Assembly: GCA_963920595.1 (NCBI GenBank)
Contig: OY986946.1
Span: 2,542,001-2,606,000, forward strand
DNA length: 64,000 nt
From: Eimeria praecox
Taxonomy: Eukaryota
Direction of reading: 5' to 3'
The position numbers and the translations under genes are program-made. The notes under the pieces were generated by a model that saw only the letters and a program-made list of their open reading frames with translations, was not told the origin of the DNA and did no database searches. Shown piece after piece: positions 28,345 to 56,591 of the stretch; positions within the stretch are counted from its first letter, which is position 1, and every line of letters begins with the position of its first letter.

Positions 28345-30765
28345 CATACTAACAACAAGACAAAACCCTAAACCCTAAACCCTAAACCCTAAACGCTAAA
28401 CCCTAAACCCTAAAACCTAAACCCTATTGGCATTAAACAAACACAAAAAAGAGAAGAGATACAAACAAACAAAACAAACAAAAACAAATAAAATAAAATA
28501 AATAAATAAAACAAATAAATAAATAAAAAACATAGAGACGAAACAAACAAACAAAACAACTAAACAAACAAACAACAAAACAAATAAAACAAACAAACAA
28601 CCACATAAAAAAATAAAACAAATAAAACAAACAAAATAAACAAACAATAAACAAAGTAAACAAAACAAAACAAACAAAATAAACAACAAAACAAACAAAA
28701 TAACCAAAAAAAACAAAACAAATAAGACAATAAAACAATAAAACAAACAAACAAAACAAACAAAAAATAAAATAAACAAAATAAAACAAATAAACAAACA
28801 AAACAAATAAATAAATAAATAAATAAGACAAAGCAATTAAACACACAAAACAAACAAAACAAAACGAAACAAAACAAAACAAATAAAACAAATAGACAAA
28901 ACAAAATAAAATAAATAAAACAACTAAATAAACTTAACAAAATAAATAAAATAAATAAAATAAAATAAATAAAATAAAATAAAATAAATAAAATAAATAA
29001 ATAAATTAGATAGCTACAACTTGGTCTTACGTCCTGTATCCTCCTGGGGTTTTTGTTTTTTTTTAATAGATGTAAACATAGAAAGAAGAGACAAACAAAT
29101 ACTAAAAATATTTAAACTCGGATGGTAAGAGCCTTCTCCTAATAAATCTAAACACACGTCTCCGTTGCTATATACGTGCGGGTGTATAGGGACTGTATAC
29201 AAACAAATAATAAAATAAAATAAAATAAAATAAAATAAAACATAGACAGAGAGAAAAATTAAAAAAAACAAACAAATACATATAAATTTTTTTGTAATAT
29301 GTTTTGATTAGGAACAGATTAAATTAAATCATGTTTTCTAGTATATTTAAATTTAGATAATAGAAAGTAAAAATATTAAAAAATATTAAAAAATAATTAA
29401 AAAATATTAAAAATTAATTAAAAATAATTAAAAAATATTAAAAATATTAAAAAATAATTAAAAAATATTAAAAATTAATTAAAAATAATTAAAAATAATT
29501 AAAAATATTAAAAAATATTAAAAATTAATTGAAAATATTTTTTTAATTTTTGTATTTGTATATTTTTGTATAAAAGAAATAATAAATAGAAAAGAGACAG
29601 ATAAGATAAAAGACAGAGATAAAATAGACAGTTAAGAGACAGTTAGGAGACAGTTAAGAAAGGAGACAGTACAGAGAGAGAGGAGACAGTACAGAGAGAG
29701 AGGAGACAGCTAAGAGAGAGAGAGGAGACAGTTAAGAAAGGAGACAGTACAGAGAGAGAGGAGACAGTTAAGAGAGAGAAGAGACAGTCAAGAGAGAGGA
29801 GACAGTAAAGAGAGAGAGAGGAGACAGTTAAGAGACAGTTAAGGGACAGTTAAGAGACAGTTAAGAAAGGAGACAGTACAGAGAGAGAGGAGACAGTTAA
29901 GAGAGAGAGAGGAGACAGTTAAGAGAGGAGACAGTTAAGAGACAGTTAAGAGAGAGTTAGGAGACAGTTAGGAGACAGTTAAGAGAGGAGACAGCTAAGA
30001 AACAGTTAAGAGACAGTTAAGAGACAGTTAAGGGACAGTTAAGAGACAGTTAAGAAAGGAGACAGTACAGAGAGAGAGGAGACAGCTAAGAGACAGTTAA
30101 GAGAGAGAGGAGACAGTAAAGAGAGAGAAGAGACAGTTAATAGACAGTTAAGAGACAGTTAAGAGAGAGAGGAGACAGTAAAGAGAGAGAAGAGACAGTT
30201 AATAGACAGTTAAGAGACAGTTAAGATACAGTTAAGAGCCAGTCAAGGAGGAGAAAGTTAAGAGACAGATAAGATAGAAAGAGACAGTTAAGAAGAAGAC
30301 AGAGATAAAGTAGAGAGGAGACAGTTAAGACAGAGGAGACAGTGGTTAGACAGTTAAGAGACAGTTAACTAAGAGACAGTTAACTAGGAGACAGTTAATA
30401 AAAGAGATAGAGACAGAATAGAAAGGAGACAGAATAGAAAGAGAGAGTTAAGAGACAGACAAAATAAAGAAGAAGACACAGAAATCAAACAATAAGGAGA
30501 AGACAGTTTTAAAAAAAGATAAACTATAAATAAGAAAGAGACAGATAAGGAAAGAGAAAGGAGACAGGTAACTAAGGAGACAGTAGATAAATAAATAAGG
30601 AGACACTAAATAAATAAATAAGGAGACAGTAAATAAATAAATAAGGAGACAGTAAATAAATAATTAAGGAGACAGTAGATAAATAATTAAGGAGACAGTA
30701 GATAAATAAGGAGACAGTAGATAAATAACTAAGGAGACATAAATAAATAAATAAATAAGAAGACA

Positions 30766-30796
<31 letters not shown>

Positions 30797-31081
30797 ATAG
30801 ATAAATAAATAAATAACTAAATAAATGAGATTAAATAAAACATGGTCTATGAATGTCTTACTAGGTTTTAAGAAGAAGATAATGGGAGGAGACAGAGGAT
30901 ATGATTTAGGTAGAATAATTTTAAGTATTAGTTTATCTTTATAATATAAACTGTCTCTCGGGGCGTGAAGATAGACGAGCCATTCTCTTATATTATTGGG
31001 GTGTACGTACACTGTTAACAAAGGGCGCTCTTTAGATACTATATAACGATGCTCCTGTTGATATAACTGACGCAACTCCTG

Positions 31082-31151
<70 letters not shown>

Positions 31152-32052
31152 GGTAGCAGTGTAAGTAAAAAAATAAAAAAAATAAAAAAAATTGAGATGA
31201 TAGGATAAATAATAAATAAATAAATAAATAAAATAAAATAAATAAAATAAATAAATAAAATAATACAATAAATAAATAAATAAAATAAAATAAAATAAAA
31301 TAAAATAAAATAAAATAAATACAACATATATAGAAACATATAAACATATAAACAAATAAAAAGAATAGAGGAGACAGACAAACAACAGAGAAGCAGACAC
31401 TTCAACTAAAACAATAAAACAAAATAAATTAAAATTAAATTAATTAAATTAATTAAATTAATTAAATTAATTAAACCAAACTAATTAAACATATATTCTG
31501 TATAAACACAAATAATAAATAAATTAAATTAAATTAAATTAAATTAAATTAAATTAAATTAAATTAAATTAATTAAATAAATACTTAGTCTCACATTAAA
31601 TAAAAACAAAATAAAACAAAATAAAATAAATAAAACAACACGAAACAAATCAAATTAAATTAAATTAAATTAAATTAAATTAAATTAAATTAAATTAAAT
31701 TAATTAGATAACATAAAATAAGTAAAATAAATAAGATAAATAAAATAAAATAAACAAAATAGATAAAATAAATCGAATAAATCAAACAAATAAAATAAAT
31801 CAAATAAAATAAATAAACAAACAAAACAAATAAAAGAAAACAAATAAAACAAAACAAATAAAACAAACTAAAACAAACTAAACTAAACTAAACTAAACTA
31901 AACTAAAATAAAATAAAATAAAATAAAATAAAATATATTTTAAATACATTTTGTATTCTGAAGTCAGGATGTTCTGGCGGTAGTGCGATTTGTAGATGAG
32001 AAGAAATTGATTTGAGGCTCAATTCTAACAAATCTAGCAGAGACGCATCCTC

Positions 32053-32109
<57 letters not shown>

Positions 32110-32272
32110 GTGGTGGTGGGGGTGGTGGTGGTGCTGCTGCTGCTCCTGCTGCTGCTGCTGGTGTTGGTGGTGGTGATGGTGGTGGTGCTGCTGCTGCTGA
32201 TGGGGTTGCTGCTGCTGTTGTTGGTTGAGTTGCTGTTGGTGCTGCTGCGGATGCGGCTTCAGCTGCTGGGAG

Positions 32273-32310
<38 letters not shown>

Positions 32311-32620
32311 CTGCTGCTCCTGTTGCTGTTCCTGTTGCTGCTGCTGCTGCTGCTCCTCATCTTCAAGTAGCTGATCATGCTCTTCCTCTTGCTGCTGCTG
32401 CTGCTGCTGCTTCTCTTGCTGCTGCTGCTTCTCTTGCTGCTGCTCCTGCTGCTGTCCGCCGCGCAGCGTCAGCAGCACTGCTGCTGCATCCGTTGTTGTT
32501 GTCTTTGCTGCTCCTGCTGCTGCTCCTGCTGCTGCTCCTGCTGCTGCTGCTGCTGCTGCTGCAGGTGCAACGGGGGGTAGAAGAGCAGCAGCTGATGCAG
32601 CAGGGAATCTGCAGAGAGTT

Positions 32621-32651
<31 letters not shown>

Positions 32652-32736
32652 TGCTGCAGCCGTAGCGTGGGGCTGCACCGTTGACGCTCCGCAGCAGCAG
32701 CAGCAGCAGCAGAGGCAGACGCAGCAGCTGCCTCAT
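28026..32736 (-). CDS. Ubiquitin-conjugating enzyme E2, HPH-type (UBE2W-like) with an N-terminal leader; probable apicoplast E2
   Basis: Exons 32736-31948, 31078-30862, 29192-29031, 28087-28026 (TAA). Spliced product reads RIQN-ELRQL, YPLSPP, IPIHPHVYSNGDVCLDLL (catalytic Cys) and ends FLYHDDRI. N-terminus [20 protein letters not shown] resembles a signal peptide. Confidence 0.88.
28363..28425 (-). repeat. (CCCTAAA)n array in the last E2 intron
   Basis: Read directly. Confidence 0.9.
29590..30770. repeat. GAGACAG-core minisatellite (about 11-bp GAGACAGTTAA and longer variants), E2 intron 2
   Basis: Dozens of GAGACAG(T/C)TAA units grading into GGAGACAGTA(AATA)n units. Confidence 0.92.
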
Positions 32737-32809
32737 CTTCGTTGTTGCTGCTGTCTACACCACCTCTGCTGCTGCTGCGGGAGATACACCCTCCAACAAA
32801 TGCTTACTT

Positions 32810-32840
<31 letters not shown>

Positions 32841-32864
32841 GCAGCAGCAGCAAACGTCGTTGTT

Positions 32865-32895
<31 letters not shown>

Positions 32896-32991
32896 GAGTT
32901 GTTGCTGCAGCAGCAGCAACAGTAGCTGATGCTTCTACTTTATTCCGCTGACGCTCTCTGCAGTGTTGTAGTGTACATCGCGCCAAGACCT

Positions 32992-33030
<39 letters not shown>

Positions 33031-33383
33031 TGCAGCAAGTCGGCTGCTGCTGCTGCTGCTGCTGCAGCTGCAGCAAAGCCACGATAGCAGCAGTTTCAGG
33101 AGGAGAATATCTATGGGAAGATATATAAATAACAAACAGAAGACAACAGCTACACGGGGGAGACACCCGCTGCAGCAGCAGCAGCGCAAGGTCGCATGCT
33201 GCTGCTGCTGCTGCTGCAGCAGCAGCAGCAACAGCAACAGCAGCAGCAGCAGCAGCAGCAGAGGCAACAGAAGCTGCTGCAGCAGCAACACAGGCTTCAG
33301 AAGGAAGCTTGCTGCATGTGTTTTTAGTCTTTTTAATTTAATGTTTATTTCTTTCATTGACAGCACAGAAACTACTTATCCCT

Positions 33384-33437
<54 letters not shown>

Positions 33438-33873
33438 CGCATGGGTTTGATGCCTCTCCTCAAGGATTAACGGTTGCTGCAGCAGCAACAGCAAATTTAT
33501 ACCTGCAGCATTTACTGCAGCAGCAGCAGCAGCAACTTGTCTGTTGCTTGTACTGCGATAACAGCAGCAGCGGCAGCAGCAGCAGCAGCTGCTGCTGCTG
33601 CTGCTGCTGCCAGCAGCTGGCCGCTACAGCAGCAGCAGCAGCAGCACAACAGCATTTGTCTTGAGTCCAAAACTTCTGCTAATAAAAATATCTTCTCATT
33701 GATTCTGTCATAGGCAGCAGCAGCAACGCCAGCAGCAGCAGCAGCAGCAGCAGCCGCAGCAACAGCAATAGCAGCAGCAGCAGCAGCAACAGAAGCAAAC
33801 AACTGCAGCAGTTGGCTGCTGCTGCTGAAGCCGACAGCCAGAGTGTTGTGCAGCAGCGCGCTGGGCTTCTCTG

Positions 33874-33908
<35 letters not shown>

Positions 33909-33968
33909 ACAGCAGCAGCAACAGCAGCAGCAACAGCAGCAGCAACAGCAGCAACAGCAACAGGCACG

Positions 33969-48168
<14,200 letters not shown>

Positions 48169-48373
48169 TAACAAATAAATTATATTTATTTATATTTATT
48201 TATATTTATTTATATTTATTTATATTTATATTTATATTTATTTATATTTATTGTCTATTATTAGTAGTGGTATCATAGTTAGTATTCATATTATTTATTT
48301 AGATTTATTCTTGATAGTGTTAGGAGTATGAAAAGTTGTATTAAAATTATTATAGATATATAGTATAGCTATC

Positions 48374-48417
<44 letters not shown>

Positions 48418-48441
48418 GATAGATATAATAAATATAATTAG

Positions 48442-48472
48442 ATTACATGTAAATATATATATTATATCTATC

Positions 48473-48515
<43 letters not shown>

Positions 48516-48548
48516 ATGATAGATATAATATATATATTTACATGTAAT
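48442..48548. repeat. Perfect 35-bp inverted repeat around a (TA)n loop
   Basis: ATTACATGTAAATATATATATTATATCTATCATTA (48442-48476) is the exact reverse complement of 48514-48548. Confidence 0.93.
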
Positions 48549-48818
48549 ATAATTATATAATATTATATATATATGTATATATATATATATATAATATTAT
48601 ATCTAACAAAATTATGAGAGAATAAATATAAACCTTCTATATACAAAAATCGTAGAATATGTTTAATAGTGTATAATATTATATTATTAAACAAATATAT
48701 ATATTATGATTATAACTAAAGACATAATTACTTCTTCTTTATCTTCTTCTTTATCTTCTTGTTGTTGTTGTTGTATTCACACGGTTTTTTATTTGTAGAT
48801 ACCTTCATACACAACATA

Positions 48819-48876
<58 letters not shown>

Positions 48877-49169
48877 TAGATATATATTATATATATTACA
48901 TATATATCATATATCTATATAATATATATATTATATATATTACTTAGGTATATAACATGTATTATATATATAATATATATTATATATCTTATATATATAA
49001 TATAAAATATATAATATATATAATATATAATATATATTATATATATTATATATATATTATATATAAGATATATTATATATATAAGATATAAAATATATTA
49101 TCTGTATAAAGCATTTCTTCCTTTATTAAATACAAGTTTTTTTGCTTTTCTTCCCTCTTCATGTTACGT

Positions 49170-49229
<60 letters not shown>

Positions 49230-49739
49230 GAGAGAGAGAGACTTAGATATAGATATAGATATATAGATATAGATAGATAGGTATAGATATATGGATATAG
49301 ATATATATATAGAGATATAGAAATAGATAGATATAGATATAGATAAATAGATATAGATATAGTTATAGATATAGAGATATAGATACAGATACAGATATAG
49401 ATATAGTTATATAGATATATAGATAGATAAATATATAGATATAGATATATAGATACATATTAATTATTTATATTTATATATACTAATTACGAGAGAATAA
49501 TAATATAAAAAAAATAATAATAAAATAATAATTTAAATAAATAATAATAATAAAATTATTAGAAATAATAATATAATAAAGTATATGTCTGAAGATACAA
49601 ATATATTATATTTATTGTATAAATAATATATAATATTATATTTTATTAATATATATTATATTTTATTATTTATTATATTCGTATTATTTTTATTATTATA
49701 TCACGATTAATATAAACGTGTACTTGTTGAGGAAAATGC

Positions 49740-49783
49740 ATATTAATATAATTATAATATTATTTATAATAATAATAATAATA

Positions 49784-49819
<36 letters not shown>

Positions 49820-50170
49820 GTAATAATAATAATAATAATAATAGTAATAGTTGTAATAATAATAGTAATAATAATAATAATATTTATAATAATAGTAATA
49901 ATAATAAAAATAATAATGATAGTAATAGTAATAATTATAATAATAATGATAGTAATAATAATAATAATAGTAATAGTAGTAGTAATAATAATAATAATAG
50001 TAACAATAATAATAATAATAATAATAATAATAGTAATAATAATAATAATAATAATAATAGTAATAATAATAATAATAGTAATAATAATAATAGTAATAAT
50101 AATAATAAATAATAATAATAAGAGTAATAATAATAATAATAATAATAATAGTAATAATAATAATAATATA
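49740..50170. repeat. (AAT/AGT)n trinucleotide microsatellite
   Basis: Read directly; intergenic. Confidence 0.93.
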
Positions 50171-50525
50171 AAATAAATACATAAAATATAAATAAATCTA
50201 GTAATTATAAGTAGTTATATAAAATATAAATTATATAAAATATAAATATTTTTTATAATTATAAATTTTTATACAAAATAATAAATAAATTATTATTATA
50301 TATAATTATATAAAATATAACTAACTTTTATAATTATAAATAAATATATTAAATAATAAATAAATAAATATAATAATTAATTATATTATTTATAATTACT
50401 ACTAGTAAAATAGCAAGAATATAACATAATTATAATACATTCATAAGCTCAGCGCCTACGATGTTTTATTATTATATTTATATTTATATTATTATTATTA
50501 TTATATTATATTATTGTTAGTTTTA

Positions 50526-50557
<32 letters not shown>

Positions 50558-50785
50558 TGTTAGATTATTAGTATTAGATTAATATTAGTATAATTATTAT
50601 TATATTATTATTATTAGTTATTAGTATTATTACTATTATTATAATACTAATATTATAATATTTTTATTATTATTATTACTTTTATTATATTTATTATTAA
50701 TATAATTATTTTAAATTAATAATAAAGAAGTTGTAATAGTTTCATACAAAATAGATATATATACAAATACGTACAGCAAAATTTT

Positions 50786-50855
<70 letters not shown>

Positions 50856-52288
50856 ATCATACAAAGATATAATTATATAACCTGTTATAAAATATTATTA
50901 TTATAAGAGTAGTAATAATAATATTTTCATAGAAACACATTAGTTATAATAAACATAATTGATAATATTAGTAATATAACAAAGACATTTATAATAATAA
51001 TATTATTATTACTATTATACTAGTAAGAATCATATACTGCTTTAGCAGCACCTGCTGCTGCTGCTGCTGCAGCACCTGCTGCTTCTGCTGCAGCACCTGC
51101 TGCTTTTGCTGCAGCGGCTGCTCCTGCTGCTGCTTCTGCTGCTGCTGCTGCAGCTCCTGATGTTGCTGCAGCTGCTGCAGCTCCTGCTGCAGCTGCTGCA
51201 GCTTCTGATGCTGCTGCTGCTGCTGCAGCTCCTGCTGCTGCTGCTGCTGCTGCAGCTCCTGCTGCTGCTGCTGCAGCTCCTGCTGCTGCTGCTGCTGCTG
51301 CAGCAGCAGCAGCTTTTGCTTCTTAAGATTGTTACTTTTTTCTTTGTTTTCAACGTAGAGTTGAAGATTGCTGTTTGTGTGTTTTATAGTTTATTATTTA
51401 CATAAAATATCAATTATATATTATTTAATATAAATTATTTGTTTGAATATATATTAATTATGTTTTATTTTAATTATTTCGTGTTGTTGAGATTATATTA
51501 CGTTCTTGCAAATTTCTAAGGGCGTAGATAATATTTGTATGATTCTGGGGGCTGTTAAATTAGTATTTAATATAATAAATGTATTATTTATTTAGTATAT
51601 TTATTTTATTTTGTTTATAATTATTGTTTTTATTGTTTTTTATTTATTTATACTCGTCACTGTGTTGTATTTTTCTGCTGCTTTAGATATACGCGGGGTG
51701 TATGTACAGCTCTTGTCTAAGTGGCAGCATCATAGTTTATAATATATGATTTGTAGTGGTATTTTATGTATTTTTTTGAATAAATTTAATTAAAATATAT
51801 TTATTTTATTATATTTATATTTATTTTTAATTTTTTTCGCTTTTTATTCGATCCAATAAACCAAACATTCTAATTTTTTTGGAGGGGGGGCGGTATAAGA
51901 AGAAGGGCTTAGTACTACATAGTGCTGCTCTGGAGTCAGAAGAAATATGGCTGTAATTGATGTAATTGTGTGTTTTAAAAACAAAAATAAATAAATTAAA
52001 TAATAAAATAAAACAAATTAACCGTAAAAATATTTTATTTCTTCAATTTTAGATTTAAATAACCCTAGTAACACCATTGCTACTAACAGAGAAGCACAAT
52101 CACAGGGCCCTCGTGGAGTTTGTTTGTATTTTCTTGACTTTTTATATTTAAATACATTAATTTAATTGTTTTTAATTTATTTATTCTATTTTATTTTATT
52201 TTATTTAAGATCTAAAGCATCATACATTCATATTTTGCTCTCTCTCAAGCCCTAAACCCTACGGGGCCCCTCACACTTACAACAGCAG

Positions 52289-52334
<46 letters not shown>

Positions 52335-52392
52335 AGCAGCAACAGCAGCAGCAACAGCAGCAACAGCAGCAGCAACAGCAGCAGACAGAGCG

Positions 52393-52528
52393 ATGATGTC
52401 GAGGAAGACAGCAGCAGCAGCCGAATCTCCTTCTTCTTCTTCAGCAGCAGCAACAACAGCAGCAACAGCAGCAGCAGCAACAGCAGCAACAACAGCAGCA
52501 GCAACAGCAACAGCAACAACAGCAGAAT

Positions 52529-52566
<38 letters not shown>

Positions 52567-53690
52567 TGTGTTTGTAGACTTCCTCGACCTCCTCCTGGCT
52601 TCGGCTTAGGGCAATTAACAAAACATAATATTTTAAATTTAAAAGAGTTAAATACAGCAACAATCCCTGTATCTTATACTCAGACTTACTATGATTTTGT
52701 TGTTGACTATCCCCAATTCTGTAGATTAGGTTTGTTTATTTTATTTTATTTTGTTTTGTTTTGTTTTATTTTATTTTATTTTGTTTTGGTTTATTTTATT
52801 TTGTTTTGGTTTATTTTAGTTTAGTTTAGTTTAGTTTAGTTTGTTTTATTTTTTTGTTTTATTTTGTTTTGTTTTGTTTTATTTTATTTTATTGTGTTTT
52901 AGTTTAGTTTGTTTTATTTTATTTTGTTTTATTTTATTTTATTTTATTTTATTTCGTTTTGTTTCGTTTTAGTTTATTTTGTTTTATTTTGTTTTGTTTG
53001 GTTTTGTTTATTTATTTTTGTGTTTTTCTAATTTAATTTTGTTTCATTTTATTTAATTATTTAGTTATTTAGTTATTTAGTTAATTAGTTAGTTAGACTT
53101 AGTCTTTACGTTTATTTTTATATTTTTATTATTTTTATTATTTTTATATTTTTATATTTTTATTATTTTTATTATTTTTATTATGTTTATTATTTATATT
53201 ATTTTTATTATTTTTGTATTATGTAATTATATTTTATTTTTGTATATTTTAATATATTATATTTTTCATACTTTTGTTTTATTATATTTATAATTAATTA
53301 ATTTTTTATTATTATATTATATATTATAATTATATATATATTAATATATATATATTATATATTATATTTATAATTAATTATTTTTTTATTATTATATTAT
53401 ATATTTTAAACCTAGTTTATTTTATTCTAATTTTATTTTGTTATAATTTAATTACTATTAGTTAATATTTTATTATTATATTATTTATTGTATTTATTAT
53501 TATATTTTATTTTATTTTGTTATAATCTAATTTATTATTATTATATTATATATTATTATTATTATATTTTATTTATTTTTTTGTATTTTATACCTTGTGT
53601 ATCTAATATACATTTAAACTAACAAATTAAATTATTTAAATATTTTATTATATTTACATAATCCTTAGTCTATTTAAATAATTAATTAAC

Positions 53691-53721
<31 letters not shown>

Positions 53722-53811
53722 ACTACATTATTTAATTAAATAACTATATTTTTATGATAACAATAAATAAATAAATAAATAAGTAAATATTATATATATA
53801 CATCTATGTGT

Positions 53812-53842
<31 letters not shown>

Positions 53843-55079
53843 TTTGTTTATATATACTCAGCTTATATAGGAGATATCTTGGTAGGAGGTATTACCTGTA
53901 AAATAGAAAACAAAGAAAATCCCAAAGAAACAAATTTATATATTATGACTTTGTCTGTACTCAAACCGTATAGAAAGTATGGAGTTGGTGAGACTAACTA
54001 TTTAATTAATTAATTAATTAATTAATTAATTAATTAATTAATTAATTTAATTAATTAATTAGTTAATTAATTAGTTAATTATGTATTTATTTATGTATTT
54101 TTTGTATCTTGTATTTTATGATTTTGTTTGAACTCAAAGATTATAGAAAATATGACGTTGTATTTGTATGTGTTTATTTGTTTGTTTAATTATTAATTAA
54201 TTAATTAATTAATTAATTAATTTAATTATTTATTTAATTATCTATTTATTTATTTATTATAATTTGTTTGTATTTCTCTTTATTCTTTTTTGTTTTGTTT
54301 GTTTTTGTTGCTTGAGGTGTATATTCTAAGAATTTGTGCTTTCCATACATTTACGTATAAATATATATAATTATTATTTTAAATATTTAATTAATTAAAA
54401 TTAATTAATTAATTAGTTAAATAAATAATTAAATTAATTAATTAGTTAATTAAACAATTTAATTAATTAATTAAGTAATTAATAATTTAATTAATTAATT
54501 AATTAATTAATTAATTAATTAACTAAATATACTAATCAATTAATTAATTAATTAACTAATTAAATATACTAATTAATTAATTAACTAATTAAATATACTA
54601 ATTAATTAATTAATTAATTAATTATACTAATTAATTAATTATACTAATTAATTAATTAATTAATTAGTTAATTAATTAATTAATTAATTAATTAATTAAA
54701 TATACTAATTAATTAATTAACTAATTAATTAAATAAACTAATTAATTAATTAATTAATTAATTACTTAATTCGTATTTGTTGATAATCTGTATGTTGTAT
54801 GTATATCAGCAACACAACTTTTAGGATATATATTAAGTTGTGCTTCCGCGCGAAAAGATTTAAAATACGCAGCTTTACATGCTGTTGAAGAAGATAAAGA
54901 AACAATATTATTTTATGAGAAGAGGGGATTTAAGATAATAGAAAGAATAGAAAATCATTATCCCGATCTAGACACACCTGATGCGGTGTATATGCAGACA
55001 CCACTCCCTTGGGTTTATGCTAATGCTGAAGAGTTGTATAAAACAAATTTTGATATTACACAACATAATATTACACCGT

Positions 55080-55081
<2 letters not shown>
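52393..55081 (+). CDS. NAA50: GNAT N-terminal acetyltransferase, NAA50/San-like
   Basis: Exons 52393-52729, 53862-53987, 54810-55081 (TAA). LKELN..IPVSY...[34 protein letters not shown] (acetyl-CoA motif), FYEKRGF, ENHY..PDA. Confidence 0.82.
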
Positions 55082-55150
<69 letters not shown>

Positions 55151-55438
55151 TCTTAATTTTATTTTAATATAATTAAAAACAAACAAAAAAAACAAAAAAA
55201 AAATAATATTTTTACTCTAAGTTTTATTCTTGAACCTCCGCATACACCCGAGAAACATATCTATACAATTATATTATTTTATTTTAGATAGAAATAAATA
55301 ATGATATAAATATATATATATTAATATATTTATTTATTTATTTATTTATTTATTTATAATATTCTTTATATATATTATTTATATATTATTTATTACTTAC
55401 ACATATGTTAGAACAGGTTTAATAACAAACAATATTTG

Positions 55439-55478
<40 letters not shown>

Positions 55479-56021
55479 TAGATTATACATATAATATAAA
55501 TATAATTAAATTATATTTATTAGATTAGATTATATATTATATATTTAGGAAGCTACAAAGAAATAAAAGTAAACACATATTTACATTTGTATATACTTGT
55601 TCTTGTATTGTCTCTACTACAAAAACTATTATTAAAATTATTAATATTAATATTTTATTATTATTGTTTTTAATATAACTAATATTATTTAAATTATTAG
55701 TATTTTATTATTATTGCTTTTAATAAAAGTAATACTATTAGAGTTAGTAATATTAATATTTTATTATTATTTTTAATATAACTAATATTATTAAAGATGT
55801 TAATAGTAATAGCATTATAATTATTAGTTATAATATAATAAACTACTTATCATACTATTATAATTATTATATATAAATATATTAAATATAATATAATATA
55901 ATAATAATATAATATAATAACATACTTATTTGCTTCTATTTACTTTTTTTTGTATTTTTACTACTTCATAGTTTAAATTTAAAAAAGTGAAAGTGTGTAA
56001 AACACAAAAAGACAGAACTTG

Positions 56022-56070
56022 AGGGTTTAGGGTTTAGGGTTTAGGGTTTAGGGTTTAGGGTTTAGGGTTT
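56022..56070 (+). repeat. (TTTAGGG)n array, intergenic
   Basis: About 7 units. Confidence 0.95.
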
Positions 56071-56160
56071 TGTATATTAGATGAGATAGATAAACAATAT
56101 AAAAGAGAAGAAGAGATAAAGCTGTACTTAAGCAAGAAGAGAGCTAGAGTAAGGATTTGA

Positions 56161-56210
<50 letters not shown>

Positions 56211-56452
56211 ATATAAATTATTAAAATAACAACATAAATATATGTTATTTTTTTATTTATATTGTCTCCTAAAGATACACTAGAGATTCTTATGTAGGCT
56301 GTGGTGTATAGAGAGAAGAAACAATTATGTGAAAGAGTAGATTAAATGTTTATTTACTCAAATTAAATAAATTAATATTAACAAATATAAAATATTATTA
56401 AATGTTTGTATATATTTAACATATTTTTCTTTAAAGTTTATATTTAAAGATC

Positions 56453-56492
<40 letters not shown>

Positions 56493-56550
56493 TTCTGTTT
56501 AGGGTTTTAGGGTTTTGCTGTTATTCTCTCTCTATGCACCATTTAAATAA

Positions 56551-56591
<41 letters not shown>

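Noticed and set aside
51042..51405. Periodic CTG/CAG/CCT block resembling an Ala-Pro coding repeat
   Set aside because: No ATG start or splice context; treated as an intergenic repeat.
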